The position numbers and the translations under genes were made by a program. DNA of 64,000 nt, from the NCBI RefSeq assembly GCF_041886205.1, contig NZ_CP169029.1; one strand, 5' to 3'. This document shows, in pieces, positions 47,156 through 58,284 of this stretch; the first letter of the stretch is position 1, and each line of letters begins with the position of its first letter. The notes below the pieces were generated by a model. That model did not search any database. It was not told the DNA's origin and saw only the letters and a program-made list of their open reading frames with translations. Source of the DNA: Escherichia coli (lineage in GTDB: Bacteria > Pseudomonadota > Gammaproteobacteria > Enterobacterales > Enterobacteriaceae).

Positions 47156-48556
47156 ATGGATAAGAAGCAAGTAACGGATTTAAGGTCGGAACTACTCGAT
47201 TCACGTTTTGGTGCGAAGTCTATTTCCACTATCGCAGAATCAAAACGTTTTCCGCTGCACGAAATGCGCGATGATGTCGCATTTCAGATTATCAATGATG
47301 AATTATATCTTGATGGCAACGCTCGTCAGAACCTGGCCACTTTCTGCCAGACCTGGGACGACGACAATGTCCACAAGTTGATGGATTTATCCATTAACAA
47401 AAACTGGATCGACAAAGAAGAATATCCGCAATCCGCAGCCATCGATCTGCGTTGCGTAAATATGGTTGCCGATCTGTGGCATGCGCCTGCGCCGAAAAAT
47501 GGTCAGGCCGTTGGCACCAACACCATTGGTTCTTCCGAGGCCTGTATGCTCGGCGGGATGGCGATGAAATGGCGTTGGCGCAAGCGTATGGAAGCTGCAG
47601 GCAAACCAACGGATAAACCGAACCTGGTGTGCGGTCCGGTACAAATCTGCTGGCATAAATTCGCCCGCTACTGGGATGTGGAGCTGCGTGAGATCCCTAT
47701 GCGCCCCGGTCAGTTGTTTATGGACCCGAAACGCATGATTGAAGCCTGCGACGAAAACACCATCGGCGTGGTGCCGACTTTCGGCGTGACCTACACCGGT
47801 AACTATGAGTTCCCGCAACCGCTGCACGATGCGCTGGATAAATTCCAGGCCGACACCGGTATCGACATCGACATGCACATCGACGCCGCCAGCGGTGGCT
47901 TCCTGGCACCGTTCGTCGCCCCGGATATCGTCTGGGACTTCCGCCTGCCGCGTGTGAAATCGATCAGTGCTTCAGGCCATAAATTCGGTCTGGCTCCGCT
48001 GGGCTGCGGCTGGGTTATCTGGCGTGACGAAGAAGCGCTGCCGCAGGAACTGGTGTTCAACGTTGACTACCTCGGTGGTCAGATTGGTACTTTCGCCATC
48101 AATTTCTCCCGCCCGGCGGGTCAGGTAATTGCACAGTACTATGAATTCCTGCGCCTCGGTCGTGAAGGCTATACCAAAGTACAGAACGCCTCTTACCAGG
48201 TTGCCGCTTATCTGGCGGATGAAATCGCCAAACTGGGGCCGTATGAGTTCATCTGTACCGGTCGCCCGGACGAAGGCATCCCGGCGGTTTGCTTCAAACT
48301 GAAAGATGGTGAAGATCCGGGATACACCCTGTACGACCTCTCTGAACGTCTGCGTCTGCGCGGCTGGCAGGTTCCGGCCTTCACTCTCGGCGGTGAAGCC
48401 ACCGACATCGTGGTGATGCGCATTATGTGTCGTCGCGGCTTCGAAATGGACTTTGCTGAACTGTTGCTGGAAGACTACAAAGCCTCCCTGAAATATCTCA
48501 GCGACCACCCGAAACTGCAGGGTATTGCCCAGCAGAACAGCTTTAAACATACCTGA
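47156..48556 (+). CDS. gadB: GadB, glutamate decarboxylase beta (PLP-dependent), 466 aa
   Basis: Translation from [44 protein letters not shown]... matches GadB; PLP-lysine region [18 protein letters not shown]-track start trimmed by 23 codons. Confidence 0.95.
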   Translation: MDKKQVTDLRSELLDSRFGAKSISTIAESKRFPLHEMRDDVAFQIINDELYLDGNARQNLATFCQTWDDDNVHKLMDLSINKNWIDKEEYPQSAAIDLRCVNMVADLWHAPAPKNGQAVGTNTIGSSEACMLGGMAMKWRWRKRMEAAGKPTDKPNLVCGPVQICWHKFARYWDVELREIPMRPGQLFMDPKRMIEACDENTIGVVPTFGVTYTGNYEFPQPLHDALDKFQADTGIDIDMHIDAASGGFLAPFVAPDIVWDFRLPRVKSISASGHKFGLAPLGCGWVIWRDEEALPQELVFNVDYLGGQIGTFAINFSRPAGQVIAQYYEFLRLGREGYTKVQNASYQVAAYLADEIAKLGPYEFICTGRPDEGIPAVCFKLKDGEDPGYTLYDLSERLRLRGWQVPAFTLGGEATDIVVMRIMCRRGFEMDFAELLLEDYKASLKYLSDHPKLQGIAQQNSFKHT

Positions 48557-48576
48557 TAACGTTTAACGGTAACGGT

Positions 48577-48602
48577 GTCCCGAAACGAACCCGTTTCGGG
48601 AC
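48577..48602 (+). terminator. Hairpin between gadB and gadC (attenuator or terminator)
   Basis: GTCCCGAAACG ... CGTTTCGGGAC 11-bp stem followed by AATTTCC. Confidence 0.45.
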
Positions 48603-48711
48603 AATTTCCAAAGTCTGTTCACTGGCATTAGCAACGGAAAATATTGTTCTGAATACGCTTCAGAACAAAACAGGTGCGGTTCCGACAGGAATACCGTTTT
48701 AGGGGGATAAT

Positions 48712-50247
48712 ATGGCTACATCAGTACAGACAGGTAAAGCTAAGCAGCTCACATTACTCGGATTCTTTGCCATAACGGCATCGATGGTAATGGCTGTTTA
48801 TGAATACCCTACCTTCGCAACATCGGGCTTTTCATTAGTCTTCTTCCTGCTATTAGGCGGGATTTTATGGTTTATTCCCGTGGGACTTTGTGCTGCGGAA
48901 ATGGCCACCGTCGACGGCTGGGAAGAAGGTGGTGTCTTCGCCTGGGTATCGAATACTCTGGGGCCGAGATGGGGATTTGCAGCGATCTCATTTGGCTATC
49001 TGCAAATCGCCATTGGTTTTATTCCGATGCTCTATTTCGTGTTAGGGGCACTCTCCTACATCCTGAAATGGCCAGCGCTGAATGAAGACCCCATTACCAA
49101 AACTATTGCAGCACTCATCATTCTTTGGGCGCTGGCATTAACGCAGTTTGGTGGCACGAAATACACGGCGCGAATTGCTAAAGTTGGCTTCTTCGCCGGT
49201 ATCCTGTTACCTGCATTTATTTTGATCGCATTAGCGGCTATTTATCTGCACTCCGGTGCCCCCGTTGCTATCGAAATGGATTCGAAGACCTTCTTCCCTG
49301 ACTTCTCTAAAGTGGGCACCCTGGTAGTATTTGTTGCCTTCATTTTGAGTTATATGGGCGTAGAAGCATCCGCAACCCACGTCAATGAAATGAGCAACCC
49401 AGGGCGCGACTATCCGTTGGCTATGTTACTGCTGATGGTGGCGGCAATATGCTTAAGCTCTGTTGGTGGTTTGTCTATTGCGATGGTCATTCCGGGTAAT
49501 GAAATCAACCTCTCCGCAGGGGTAATGCAAACCTTTACCGTTCTGATGTCCCATGTGGCACCGGAAATTGAGTGGACGGTTCGCGTGATCTCCGCACTGC
49601 TGTTGCTGGGTGTTCTGGCGGAAATCGCCTCCTGGATTGTTGGTCCTTCTCGCGGGATGTATGTCACAGCGCAGAAAAACCTGCTGCCAGCGGCATTCGC
49701 TAAAATGAACAAAAATGGCGTACCGGTAACGCTGGTCATTTCGCAGCTGGTGATTACGTCTATCGCGTTGATCATCCTCACCAATACCGGTGGCGGTAAC
49801 AACATGTCCTTCCTGATCGCACTGGCGCTGACGGTGGTGATTTATCTGTGTGCTTATTTCATGCTGTTTATTGGCTACATTGTGTTGGTTCTTAAACATC
49901 CTGACTTAAAACGCACATTTAATATCCCTGGTGGTAAAGGGGTGAAACTGGTCGTGGCTATTGTCGGTCTGCTGACTTCAATTATGGCGTTTATTGTTTC
50001 CTTCCTGCCGCCGGATAACATCCAGGGTGACTCTACCGATATGTATGTTGAATTACTGGTCGTTAGTTTCCTGGTGGTACTTGCCCTGCCCTTTATTCTC
50101 TATGCTGTTCATGATCGTAAAGGCAAAGCGAATACCGGCGTCACTCTGGAGCCAATCAACAGTCAGAACGCACCAAAAGGTCACTTCTTCCTGCACCCGC
50201 GTGCACGTTCACCACACTATATTGTGATGAATGACAAGAAACACTAA
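48712..50247 (+). CDS. gadC: GadC, glutamate:GABA antiporter (APC family), 511 aa
   Basis: 12-TM APC-family transporter directly downstream of gadB. Confidence 0.9.
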   Translation: MATSVQTGKAKQLTLLGFFAITASMVMAVYEYPTFATSGFSLVFFLLLGGILWFIPVGLCAAEMATVDGWEEGGVFAWVSNTLGPRWGFAAISFGYLQIAIGFIPMLYFVLGALSYILKWPALNEDPITKTIAALIILWALALTQFGGTKYTARIAKVGFFAGILLPAFILIALAAIYLHSGAPVAIEMDSKTFFPDFSKVGTLVVFVAFILSYMGVEASATHVNEMSNPGRDYPLAMLLLMVAAICLSSVGGLSIAMVIPGNEINLSAGVMQTFTVLMSHVAPEIEWTVRVISALLLLGVLAEIASWIVGPSRGMYVTAQKNLLPAAFAKMNKNGVPVTLVISQLVITSIALIILTNTGGGNNMSFLIALALTVVIYLCAYFMLFIGYIVLVLKHPDLKRTFNIPGGKGVKLVVAIVGLLTSIMAFIVSFLPPDNIQGDSTDMYVELLVVSFLVVLALPFILYAVHDRKGKANTGVTLEPINSQNAPKGHFFLHPRARSPHYIVMNDKKH

Positions 50248-50270
50248 CCATGTCTGAATGGTTATAAGAC

Positions 50271-50300
50271 AAGGGAGCGATAATTCATCGCTCCCTTTTT
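50271..50300 (+). terminator. Rho-independent terminator after gadC
   Basis: GGGAGCGAT ... ATCGCTCCC stem followed by TTTTT. Confidence 0.65.
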
Positions 50301-50377
50301 CGTGCTTGCTGTCGTATTGACTTAACCAGGATAAGTACGAGAATGAGCGCACATCTGTTTACCGGAAACCAGCACAT

Positions 50378-51697
50378 ATGGATATCTGCTCCCGAAACGA
50401 GAAATTAGCGATTAGAAGACCAGCGATACTGGTTGCACTGGCACTTTTACTGTGTAGTTGTAAAAGCACGCCTCCAGAGTCCATGGTGACACCACCAGCA
50501 GGTTCAAAGCCACCAGCCACGACGCAACAATCGTCACAACCGATGCGTGGCATCTGGCTGGCCACGGTTTCTCGGCTCGACTGGCCACCGGTTTCCTCGG
50601 TTAACATTAGTAACCCCACCAGCCGGGCCCGTGTACAACAACAGGCGATGATCGACAAACTGGATCATCTGCAACGTCTCGGCATAAACACGGTCTTTTT
50701 CCAGGTCAAGCCGGACGGTACCGCCCTGTGGCCATCGAAAATTTTGCCGTGGTCCGATCTTATGACCGGTAAGATTGGTGAAAATCCGGGTTACGATCCG
50801 CTGCAATTTATGCTCGACGAAGCCCACAAGCGTGGGATGAAAGTACACGCCTGGTTTAACCCCTATCGCGTATCGGTTAATACGAAGCCCGGTACTATCA
50901 GGGAACTGAATAGCACTCTGTCTCAACAACCGGCGAGCGTCTATGTGCAACACCGCGACTGGATCAGAACGTCTGGCGATCGCTTTGTCCTCGACCCGGG
51001 CATCCCTGAGGTCCAGGACTGGATCACATCAATAGTCGCAGAAGTGGTTTCCCGCTATCCCGTAGATGGCGTGCAGTTTGACGACTATTTCTATACGGAG
51101 TCACCGGGTTCACGGCTAAATGATAACGAAACGTACCGTAAATACGGAGGCGCATTTGCGTCAAAAGCAGACTGGCGGCGCAACAATACTCAGCAGTTAA
51201 TTGCAAAGGTATCGCACACCATTAAAAGCATTAAGCCGGGAGTCGAATTTGGTGTTAGCCCGGCAGGCGTGTGGCGTAACCGATCACACGATCCGCTCGG
51301 TTCCGATACCCGAGGCGCGGCAGCCTATGACGAATCCTACGCTGACACCCGTCGATGGGTGGAACAAGGATTGCTGGATTACATTGCTCCCCAAATTTAC
51401 TGGCCGTTCTCACGGAGTGCCGCGCGTTATGACGTGTTGGCAAAATGGTGGGCGGATGTCGTTAAACCGACCAGGACCCGCCTGTATATCGGTATCGCCT
51501 TCTATAAAGTGGGTGAACCTTCAAAGATAGAGCCAGACTGGATGATTAACGGCGGCGTACCGGAACTGAAAAAGCAGCTCGATCTTAACGATGCGGTACC
51601 AGAAATTAGCGGCACCATCTTGTTCCGTGAGGACTATCTGAATAAACCGCAGACTCAACAAGCGGTCAGCTATCTGCAAAGTCGTTGGGGCAGTTAA
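50378..51697 (+). CDS. yddW: YddW, predicted lipoprotein of a glycoside-hydrolase-like family (439 aa)
   Basis: Lipobox (LALLLCSC) after a signal peptide; glycosyl-hydrolase-like TIM-barrel family; position. Confidence 0.85.
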   Translation: MDICSRNEKLAIRRPAILVALALLLCSCKSTPPESMVTPPAGSKPPATTQQSSQPMRGIWLATVSRLDWPPVSSVNISNPTSRARVQQQAMIDKLDHLQRLGINTVFFQVKPDGTALWPSKILPWSDLMTGKIGENPGYDPLQFMLDEAHKRGMKVHAWFNPYRVSVNTKPGTIRELNSTLSQQPASVYVQHRDWIRTSGDRFVLDPGIPEVQDWITSIVAEVVSRYPVDGVQFDDYFYTESPGSRLNDNETYRKYGGAFASKADWRRNNTQQLIAKVSHTIKSIKPGVEFGVSPAGVWRNRSHDPLGSDTRGAAAYDESYADTRRWVEQGLLDYIAPQIYWPFSRSAARYDVLAKWWADVVKPTRTRLYIGIAFYKVGEPSKIEPDWMINGGVPELKKQLDLNDAVPEISGTILFREDYLNKPQTQQAVSYLQSRWGS

Positions 51698-52073
51698 ACT
51701 CCCATGCTTACTTTGTAACAAGCCGGTGCTTTACCCACTGGCTTGTTACCCTCTTGAACTATCCCACTAGCAATCATGCTTACTAAAGTCAAATTAACCA
51801 CGCAATTAACCACACTTAGTTAAACAGCCATAATCCCCCTAATAAAAATGTATGAATATGAAAAAACATACGATATTCGCTGTCACCGAAAAATAATTAC
51901 GATGGGCTATACTCTTCTGAAGAACAGTAGCGTAGATTGAAACTGTCCTAAGTCGCTTATTTCTTTTCAGTATATCTTCATATTTCAGGAGAATATGGTG
52001 CAGTTAGTCGATCTCGCACGTTGCGTTTCGTTTTGATTCCGTCTGATTTCCCAGCCTTATAAGGGTGTGAATT

Positions 52074-53456
52074 ATGGAGATGTATTTTAAAAGAATGAAA
52101 GATGAGTGGACCGGACTTGTCGAACAGGCAGATCCGCCCATTCGAGCTAAAGCCGCGGAAATTGCCGTTGCGCATGCTCATTATCTGAGTATTGAGTTTT
52201 ATCGAATTGTCCGCATCGACCCGCATGCCGAAGAATTCTTGAGTAATGAACAAGTTGAGCGGCAGTTGAAAAGTGCGATGGAACGCTGGATTATTAACGT
52301 GCTTTCTGCCCAGGTTGACGATGTCGAAAGGCTAATACAAATCCAGCATACCGTCGCGGAAGTGCATGCCCGCATAGGAATTCCGGTAGAAATTGTCGAG
52401 ATGGGGTTTCGGGTGCTGAAAAAGATCCTCTATCCGGTAATCTTCTCTTCGGATTATTCTGCCGCAGAAAAACTTCAGGTCTACCATTTCTCGATTAACA
52501 GTATTGATATCGCTATGGAAGTGATGACCCGCGCGTTTACCTTTAGTGACAGTAGTGCCTCAAAAGAAGATGAAAACTATCGTATCTTCTCGTTACTGGA
52601 AAACGCCGAAGAAGAAAAAGAACGGCAAATAGCCTCAATACTTTCATGGGAAATAGATATTATCTATAAAATCCTGCTGGATTCTGATTTAGGCAGTAGT
52701 TTGCCTTTAAGCCAGGCTGATTTTGGCCTGTGGTTTAACCATAAAGGTCGACATTATTTTAGTGGTATTGCCGAAGTAGGCCATATCTCCCGTCTGATTC
52801 AGGATTTCGACGGTATTTTCAATCAAACCATGCGTAACACCAGAAATTTGAATAACAGAAGTCTGCGGGTGAAATTTTTATTACAGATAAGAAATACCGT
52901 ATCGCAAATTATTACCTTGCTGCGTGAATTGTTTGAAGAAGTATCGCGCCACGAAGTCGGTATGGATGTACTGACGAAATTACTTAACCGCCGTTTCCTA
53001 CCGACTATCTTCAAACGCGAAATTGCCCATGCCAACCGGACCGGTACACCGCTGTCAGTGCTGATTATTGACGTTGATAAATTCAAAGAGATCAACGATA
53101 CGTGGGGCCATAACACTGGTGATGAAATTCTGCGTAAAGTCTCTCAGGCCTTTTATGACAACGTCCGCAGTAGTGATTATGTTTTCCGCTACGGGGGCGA
53201 TGAATTTATCATTGTTTTGACTGAAGCTTCTGAAAACGAAACGTTACGTACCGCAGAACGTATTCGCAGTCGGGTGGAGAAAACCAAACTGAAAGCCGCA
53301 AACGGCGAAGATATTGCCCTCTCACTTTCCATCGGTGCCGCCATGTTTAATGGTCATCCTGACTATGAGCGCCTCATTCAAATAGCCGATGAAGCTCTGT
53401 ATATCGCCAAAAGACGAGGTAGAAACCGTGTTGAACTCTGGAAAGCCAGTCTTTAG
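52074..53456 (+). CDS. dosC: DosC, globin-coupled diguanylate cyclase (460 aa)
   Basis: N-terminal globin sensor domain; C-terminal GGDEF domain with RYGGDEF. Confidence 0.9.
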   Translation: MEMYFKRMKDEWTGLVEQADPPIRAKAAEIAVAHAHYLSIEFYRIVRIDPHAEEFLSNEQVERQLKSAMERWIINVLSAQVDDVERLIQIQHTVAEVHARIGIPVEIVEMGFRVLKKILYPVIFSSDYSAAEKLQVYHFSINSIDIAMEVMTRAFTFSDSSASKEDENYRIFSLLENAEEEKERQIASILSWEIDIIYKILLDSDLGSSLPLSQADFGLWFNHKGRHYFSGIAEVGHISRLIQDFDGIFNQTMRNTRNLNNRSLRVKFLLQIRNTVSQIITLLRELFEEVSRHEVGMDVLTKLLNRRFLPTIFKREIAHANRTGTPLSVLIIDVDKFKEINDTWGHNTGDEILRKVSQAFYDNVRSSDYVFRYGGDEFIIVLTEASENETLRTAERIRSRVEKTKLKAANGEDIALSLSIGAAMFNGHPDYERLIQIADEALYIAKRRGRNRVELWKASL

Positions 53457-53480
53457 ATGCGCCAGGATGCAGAGGTAATC

Positions 53481-55880
53481 ATGAAGCTAACCGATGCGGA
53501 TAATGCCGCCGATGGCATTTTTTTCCCCGCCCTTGAGCAAAATATGATGGGTGCGGTGTTAATTAACGAAAATGATGAAGTGATGTTTTTCAACCCCGCC
53601 GCAGAGAAGCTCTGGGGATACAAACGTGAAGAAGTCATTGGCAATAACATTGATATGCTGATTCCGCGGGATTTGCGTCCTGCGCATCCTGAATACATTC
53701 GTCACAACCGTGAAGGCGGTAAAGCGCGTGTTGAGGGGATGAGTCGGGAGCTGCAGCTAGAGAAAAAAGACGGCAGTAAAATCTGGACCCGTTTTGCGCT
53801 ATCGAAAGTGAGCGCCGAGGGGAAAGTTTATTACCTGGCGCTGGTACGGGATGCCAGCGTAGAAATGGCGCAAAAAGAACAGACCCGACAATTGATTATT
53901 GCCGTTGACCATCTCGACCGACCGGTGATTGTCCTCGATCCGGAACGCCATATTGTGCAGTGCAATCGCGCATTTACCGAAATGTTTGGTTACTGCATTA
54001 GCGAAGCCAGCGGTATGCAGCCCTATACACTCCTGAACATTCCTGAATTCCCTGCCGATAACCGCATTCGTTTACAACAGTTGCTATGGAAAACCGCCCG
54101 CGATCAGGACGAATTTCTGCTGTTGACGCGCACCGGTGAAAAAATCTGGATTAAAGCCTCTATCAGCCCGGTTTATGACGTGCTCGCGCATCTGCAGAAC
54201 CTGGTAATGACTTTCTCGGATATCACCGAAGAACGGCAGATTCGCCAGCTTGAAGGCAATATTCTCGCCGCCATGTGCAGCAGCCCGCCATTTCATGAAA
54301 TGGGGGAAATCATTTGTCGTAACATCGAATCTGTACTCAACGAATCGCATGTTTCGCTGTTCGCACTGCGCAACGGGATGCCGATACACTGGGCGTCATC
54401 TTCCCACGGTGCAGAAATTCAAAATGCGCAAAGCTGGTCAGCGACCATTCGTCAGCGTGATGGCGCGCCTGCGGGGATCCTGCAAATTAAAACCTCGTCA
54501 GGAGCAGAAACCAGCGCCTTTATCGAACGCGTGGCAGATATCAGCCAGCATATGGCCGCGCTGGCGCTGGAACAGGAAAAAAGCCGTCAGCATATTGAAC
54601 AACTCATCCAATTTGATCCGATGACCGGTCTGCCAAATCGCAATAACCTGCACAATTACCTCGATGACCTGGTCGACAAAGCCGTCTCTCCCGTGGTGTA
54701 TCTCATCGGTGTTGACCATATTCAGGATGTGATTGATAGCCTTGGCTATGCGTGGGCCGATCAGGCATTGCTGGAAGTGGTCAATCGCTTTCGTGAAAAA
54801 CTCAAACCGGATCAGTATCTCTGTCGTATCGAAGGTACGCAGTTTGTCCTCGTGAGCCTCGAAAACGACGTCAGTAACATTACCCAAATCGCCGATGAGC
54901 TACGGAATGTGGTCAGCAAGCCGATAATGATTGACGATAAACCCTTCCCGCTTACCTTGAGTATTGGCATCAGCTACGACCTGGGTAAAAACCGCGATTA
55001 CTTGCTCTCCACTGCTCACAATGCAATGGATTATATTCGCAAGAATGGCGGTAACGGCTGGCAGTTCTTCAGCCCGGCGATGAACGAAATGGTAAAAGAG
55101 CGTTTGGTTTTAGGCGCAGCGCTGAAAGAAGCGATTAGCAATAACCAACTGAAACTGGTTTACCAGCCGCAAATCTTCGCAGAAACGGGTGAACTGTACG
55201 GCATCGAAGCCCTTGCTCGCTGGCACGATCCCCTGCATGGTCATGTGCCCCCTTCACGGTTTATTCCTCTCGCAGAAGAGATTGGTGAAATCGAAAATAT
55301 TGGGCGCTGGGTCATCGCGGAAGCTTGCCGTCAGTTAGCAGAATGGCGTAGCCAGAATATTCATATCCCGGCGTTATCCGTGAACTTGTCGGCGCTGCAC
55401 TTTCGCAGTAATCAGCTGCCTAATCAGGTGTCTGATGCAATGCAAGCCTGGGGTATTGACGGCCACCAGCTGACGGTAGAAATCACGGAAAGCATGATGA
55501 TGGAACACGATACCGAAATCTTTAAGCGCATTCAGATCCTGCGTGATATGGGCGTGGGTTTATCGGTAGATGATTTTGGCACGGGCTTTTCCGGATTATC
55601 CCGCTTAGTCAGTCTTCCGGTAACGGAAATCAAAATTGACAAAAGTTTTGTCGATCGTTGTCTGACGGAAAAACGCATCCTTGCCTTACTTGAAGCCATT
55701 ACCAGTATCGGGCAAAGCCTCAATTTAACCGTCGTGGCGGAAGGCGTCGAAACCAAAGAGCAATTTGAGATGCTACGCAAGATCCACTGTCGCGTTATTC
55801 AGGGATATTTCTTTTCCCGCCCCCTACCCGCCGAAGAAATTCCAGGCTGGATGAGCAGCGTGTTACCGCTGAAAATCTGA
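53481..55880 (+). CDS. dosP: DosP, heme-PAS oxygen-sensing c-di-GMP phosphodiesterase (799 aa)
   Basis: PAS domains, degenerate GGDEF and EAL domain (EALAR); start set at MKLTDADNAADGIFF (ORF track extended 8 codons upstream); co-transcribed with dosC. Confidence 0.9.
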   Translation: MKLTDADNAADGIFFPALEQNMMGAVLINENDEVMFFNPAAEKLWGYKREEVIGNNIDMLIPRDLRPAHPEYIRHNREGGKARVEGMSRELQLEKKDGSKIWTRFALSKVSAEGKVYYLALVRDASVEMAQKEQTRQLIIAVDHLDRPVIVLDPERHIVQCNRAFTEMFGYCISEASGMQPYTLLNIPEFPADNRIRLQQLLWKTARDQDEFLLLTRTGEKIWIKASISPVYDVLAHLQNLVMTFSDITEERQIRQLEGNILAAMCSSPPFHEMGEIICRNIESVLNESHVSLFALRNGMPIHWASSSHGAEIQNAQSWSATIRQRDGAPAGILQIKTSSGAETSAFIERVADISQHMAALALEQEKSRQHIEQLIQFDPMTGLPNRNNLHNYLDDLVDKAVSPVVYLIGVDHIQDVIDSLGYAWADQALLEVVNRFREKLKPDQYLCRIEGTQFVLVSLENDVSNITQIADELRNVVSKPIMIDDKPFPLTLSIGISYDLGKNRDYLLSTAHNAMDYIRKNGGNGWQFFSPAMNEMVKERLVLGAALKEAISNNQLKLVYQPQIFAETGELYGIEALARWHDPLHGHVPPSRFIPLAEEIGEIENIGRWVIAEACRQLAEWRSQNIHIPALSVNLSALHFRSNQLPNQVSDAMQAWGIDGHQLTVEITESMMMEHDTEIFKRIQILRDMGVGLSVDDFGTGFSGLSRLVSLPVTEIKIDKSFVDRCLTEKRILALLEAITSIGQSLNLTVVAEGVETKEQFEMLRKIHCRVIQGYFFSRPLPAEEIPGWMSSVLPLKI

Positions 55881-55881
55881 C

Positions 55882-55902
55882 AAATTCCTCTCGCCCGCAC
55901 TC
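55882..55902 (+). terminator. Putative rho-independent terminator after dosP
   Basis: CCCGC-ACTC-GCGGG followed by TTTT. Confidence 0.5.
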
Positions 55903-56077
55903 GCGGGTTTTCATTTAACGTGACACTGTCACTTAAATACTGTGATTTCAGCTACGATTCCGGGAGATTCCTTCCTTAACTTCCCCTCTTGCACCAAAAC
56001 TGCACTACGCTGCACAAATGTTGATTAAAAGTTAAAAAATATAACTTTAAGCCAGCATTCTGGCGCTTCTCCCGGCA

Positions 56078-56093
56078 TGGCATGAGATCTGCA
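56078..56093 (+). promoter_or_regulatory. Candidate sigma-54 (-24/-12) promoter for ddpXABCDF
   Basis: TGGCATGAGATCTGCA matches TGGCAC-N5-TTGCA at 14 of 16 defined positions with GG-N10-GC spacing; about 45 bp upstream of ddpX; TGCACC-containing NtrC-like repeats lie about 55990-56025. Confidence 0.5.
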
Positions 56094-56137
56094 TAAGCGG
56101 AAAGCGCAGCAATTTTTGTCTTATACAGGAACCGTTT

Positions 56138-56719
56138 ATGTCGGATACCACCGAACTGGTTGATTTAGCCGTGATCTTCCCTGATCTGGAGATCGAATTG
56201 AAATACGCCTGCGCTGATAACATCACAGGTAAAGCTATTTACCAGCAAGCGCGTTGTCTGTTACACAAGGATGCGATTACCGCGCTGGCGAAAAGTATCA
56301 GTATCGCCCAGCTGTCAGGCTTACAACTGGTGATTTACGATGCGTATCGCCCACAACAAGCACAGGCGATGTTGTGGCAAGCCTGCCCAGACCCGCAATA
56401 TGTTGTTGATGTGACGGTCGGTTCTAATCACAGCCGTGGCACGGCGATCGACCTGACGCTTCGTGATGAGCACGGGAACATCCTGGATATGGGCGCAGGG
56501 TTCGATGAAATGCACGAGCGCTCCCATGCCTATCACCCTTCCGTCCCGCCCGCCGCTCAGCGCAATCGCCTGTTGCTGAATGCGATTATGACTGGTGGCG
56601 GTTTTGTCGGTATCTCCAGCGAATGGTGGCACTTCGAATTACCCCAGGCAGCGAGTTACCCTCTGCTCGCTGATCAATTCACCTGTTTTATATCCCCTGG
56701 CACACAGCACGTCAGTTAA
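56138..56719 (+). CDS. ddpX: DdpX, D-Ala-D-Ala dipeptidase (VanX homologue), 193 aa
   Basis: Zn-dipeptidase motifs (SNHSRGTAIDLTL, EWWHFE); first gene of the ddp operon. Confidence 0.9.
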   Translation: MSDTTELVDLAVIFPDLEIELKYACADNITGKAIYQQARCLLHKDAITALAKSISIAQLSGLQLVIYDAYRPQQAQAMLWQACPDPQYVVDVTVGSNHSRGTAIDLTLRDEHGNILDMGAGFDEMHERSHAYHPSVPPAAQRNRLLLNAIMTGGGFVGISSEWWHFELPQAASYPLLADQFTCFISPGTQHVS

Positions 56720-56732
56720 TCAGGAAACTGTC

Positions 56733-58283
56733 ATGAAGAGATCGATATCGTTTCGTCCCACATTGCTCGCGCTCGTCCTTGCCACAACTTTCCCGGTTGC
56801 GCACGCCGCCGTACCGAAAGATATGCTGGTGATTGGTAAGGCCGCCGATCCACAAACCCTCGACCCGGCGGTAACAATAGATAATAACGACTGGACGGTG
56901 ACCTACCCGTCTTATCAGCGGCTGGTTCAGTACAAAACGGACGGTGATAAAGGCTCAACCGACGTTGAAGGCGATCTGGCGAGTGGCTGGAAAGCGTCTG
57001 ACGATCAAAAAGAGTGGACGTTCACCCTGAAGGACAATGCTAAATTTGCCGATGGCACACCGGTCACTGCCGAAGCAGTAAAACTCTCTTTTGAGCGGTT
57101 ACTAAAAATCGGCCAGGGGCCAGCAGAAGCATTTCCCAAAGATTTAAAGATTGATACTCCCGACGAACATACGGTGAAGTTTACCCTTAGCCAACCATTC
57201 GCACCGTTCCTCTACACGCTGGCGAATGACGGTGCATCCATTATCAATCCGGCGGTCTTAAAGGAACATGCAGAGGATGATGCTCGCGGCTTCCTCGCGC
57301 AAAATACCGCCGGTTCCGGACCATTTATGCTGAAAAGCTGGCAAAAAGGTCAGCAATTAGTTCTGGTGCCAAATCCGCATTACTCCGGCAATAAACCGAA
57401 CTTTAAGCGAGTATCGGTAAAAATTATCGGTGAAAGTGCCTCCCGTCGCCTGCAGCTCTCCCGTGGCGACATTGACATTGCCGATGCGCTGCCGGTGGAT
57501 CAACTCAACGCCCTGAAGCAGGAAAATAAAGTCAATGTGGCAGAGTATCCGTCACTGCGCGTCACCTATCTGTATCTGAATAACAGCAAAGCGCCACTTA
57601 ATCAGGCGGATCTGCGGCGGGCCATTTCCTGGTCTACCGATTATCAGGGCATGGTTAACGGCATTCTGAGTGGTAACGGAAAACAAATGCGCGGCCCGAT
57701 TCCGGAAGGCATGCGGGGCTACGATGCGACGGCAATGCAATACAACCATGACGAAACGAAAGCCAAAGCCGAATGGGATAAAGTGACGAGCAAACCCACC
57801 AGCCTGACGTTTCTCTACTCCGATAACGATCCGAACTGGGAGCCTATTGCTCTGGCGACACAATCCAGTCTCAACAAGCTGGGCATCAATGTGAAGCTGG
57901 AAAAACTGGCGAACGCCACCATGCGTGACAGAGTGGGTAAAGGTGATTACGACATTGCGATTGGCAACTGGAGTCCGGATTTTGCCGACCCGTATATGTT
58001 TATGAATTACTGGTTTGAGTCAGACAAAAAAGGTCTGCCGGGTAACCGCTCGTTCTATGAAAACAGTGAGGTCGATAAGTTACTGCGCAATGCGCTTGCG
58101 ACCACCGACCAGACGCAGCGTACCCGAGACTACCAGCAGGCACAGAAAATCGTCATTGATGACGCTGCTTATGTGTACCTGTTCCAGAAAAACTACCAAC
58201 TGGCGATGAACAAAGAGGTGAAAGGCTTTGTGTTCAATCCCATGCTGGAACAGGTCTTCAATATCAATACCATGAGTAAATAA
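56733..58283 (+). CDS. ddpA: DdpA, periplasmic dipeptide-binding protein (516 aa)
   Basis: Signal peptide MKRSISFRPTLLALVLATTFPVAHA; family 5 solute-binding protein; ORF-track start trimmed. Confidence 0.9.
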   Translation: MKRSISFRPTLLALVLATTFPVAHAAVPKDMLVIGKAADPQTLDPAVTIDNNDWTVTYPSYQRLVQYKTDGDKGSTDVEGDLASGWKASDDQKEWTFTLKDNAKFADGTPVTAEAVKLSFERLLKIGQGPAEAFPKDLKIDTPDEHTVKFTLSQPFAPFLYTLANDGASIINPAVLKEHAEDDARGFLAQNTAGSGPFMLKSWQKGQQLVLVPNPHYSGNKPNFKRVSVKIIGESASRRLQLSRGDIDIADALPVDQLNALKQENKVNVAEYPSLRVTYLYLNNSKAPLNQADLRRAISWSTDYQGMVNGILSGNGKQMRGPIPEGMRGYDATAMQYNHDETKAKAEWDKVTSKPTSLTFLYSDNDPNWEPIALATQSSLNKLGINVKLEKLANATMRDRVGKGDYDIAIGNWSPDFADPYMFMNYWFESDKKGLPGNRSFYENSEVDKLLRNALATTDQTQRTRDYQQAQKIVIDDAAYVYLFQKNYQLAMNKEVKGFVFNPMLEQVFNINTMSK

Positions 58284-58284
58284 C

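Noticed and set aside
47387-48550. Long minus-strand ORFs (163 and 192 aa) within gadB
   Set aside because: Antisense to gadB, whose translation matches glutamate decarboxylase end to end; typical shadow ORFs.
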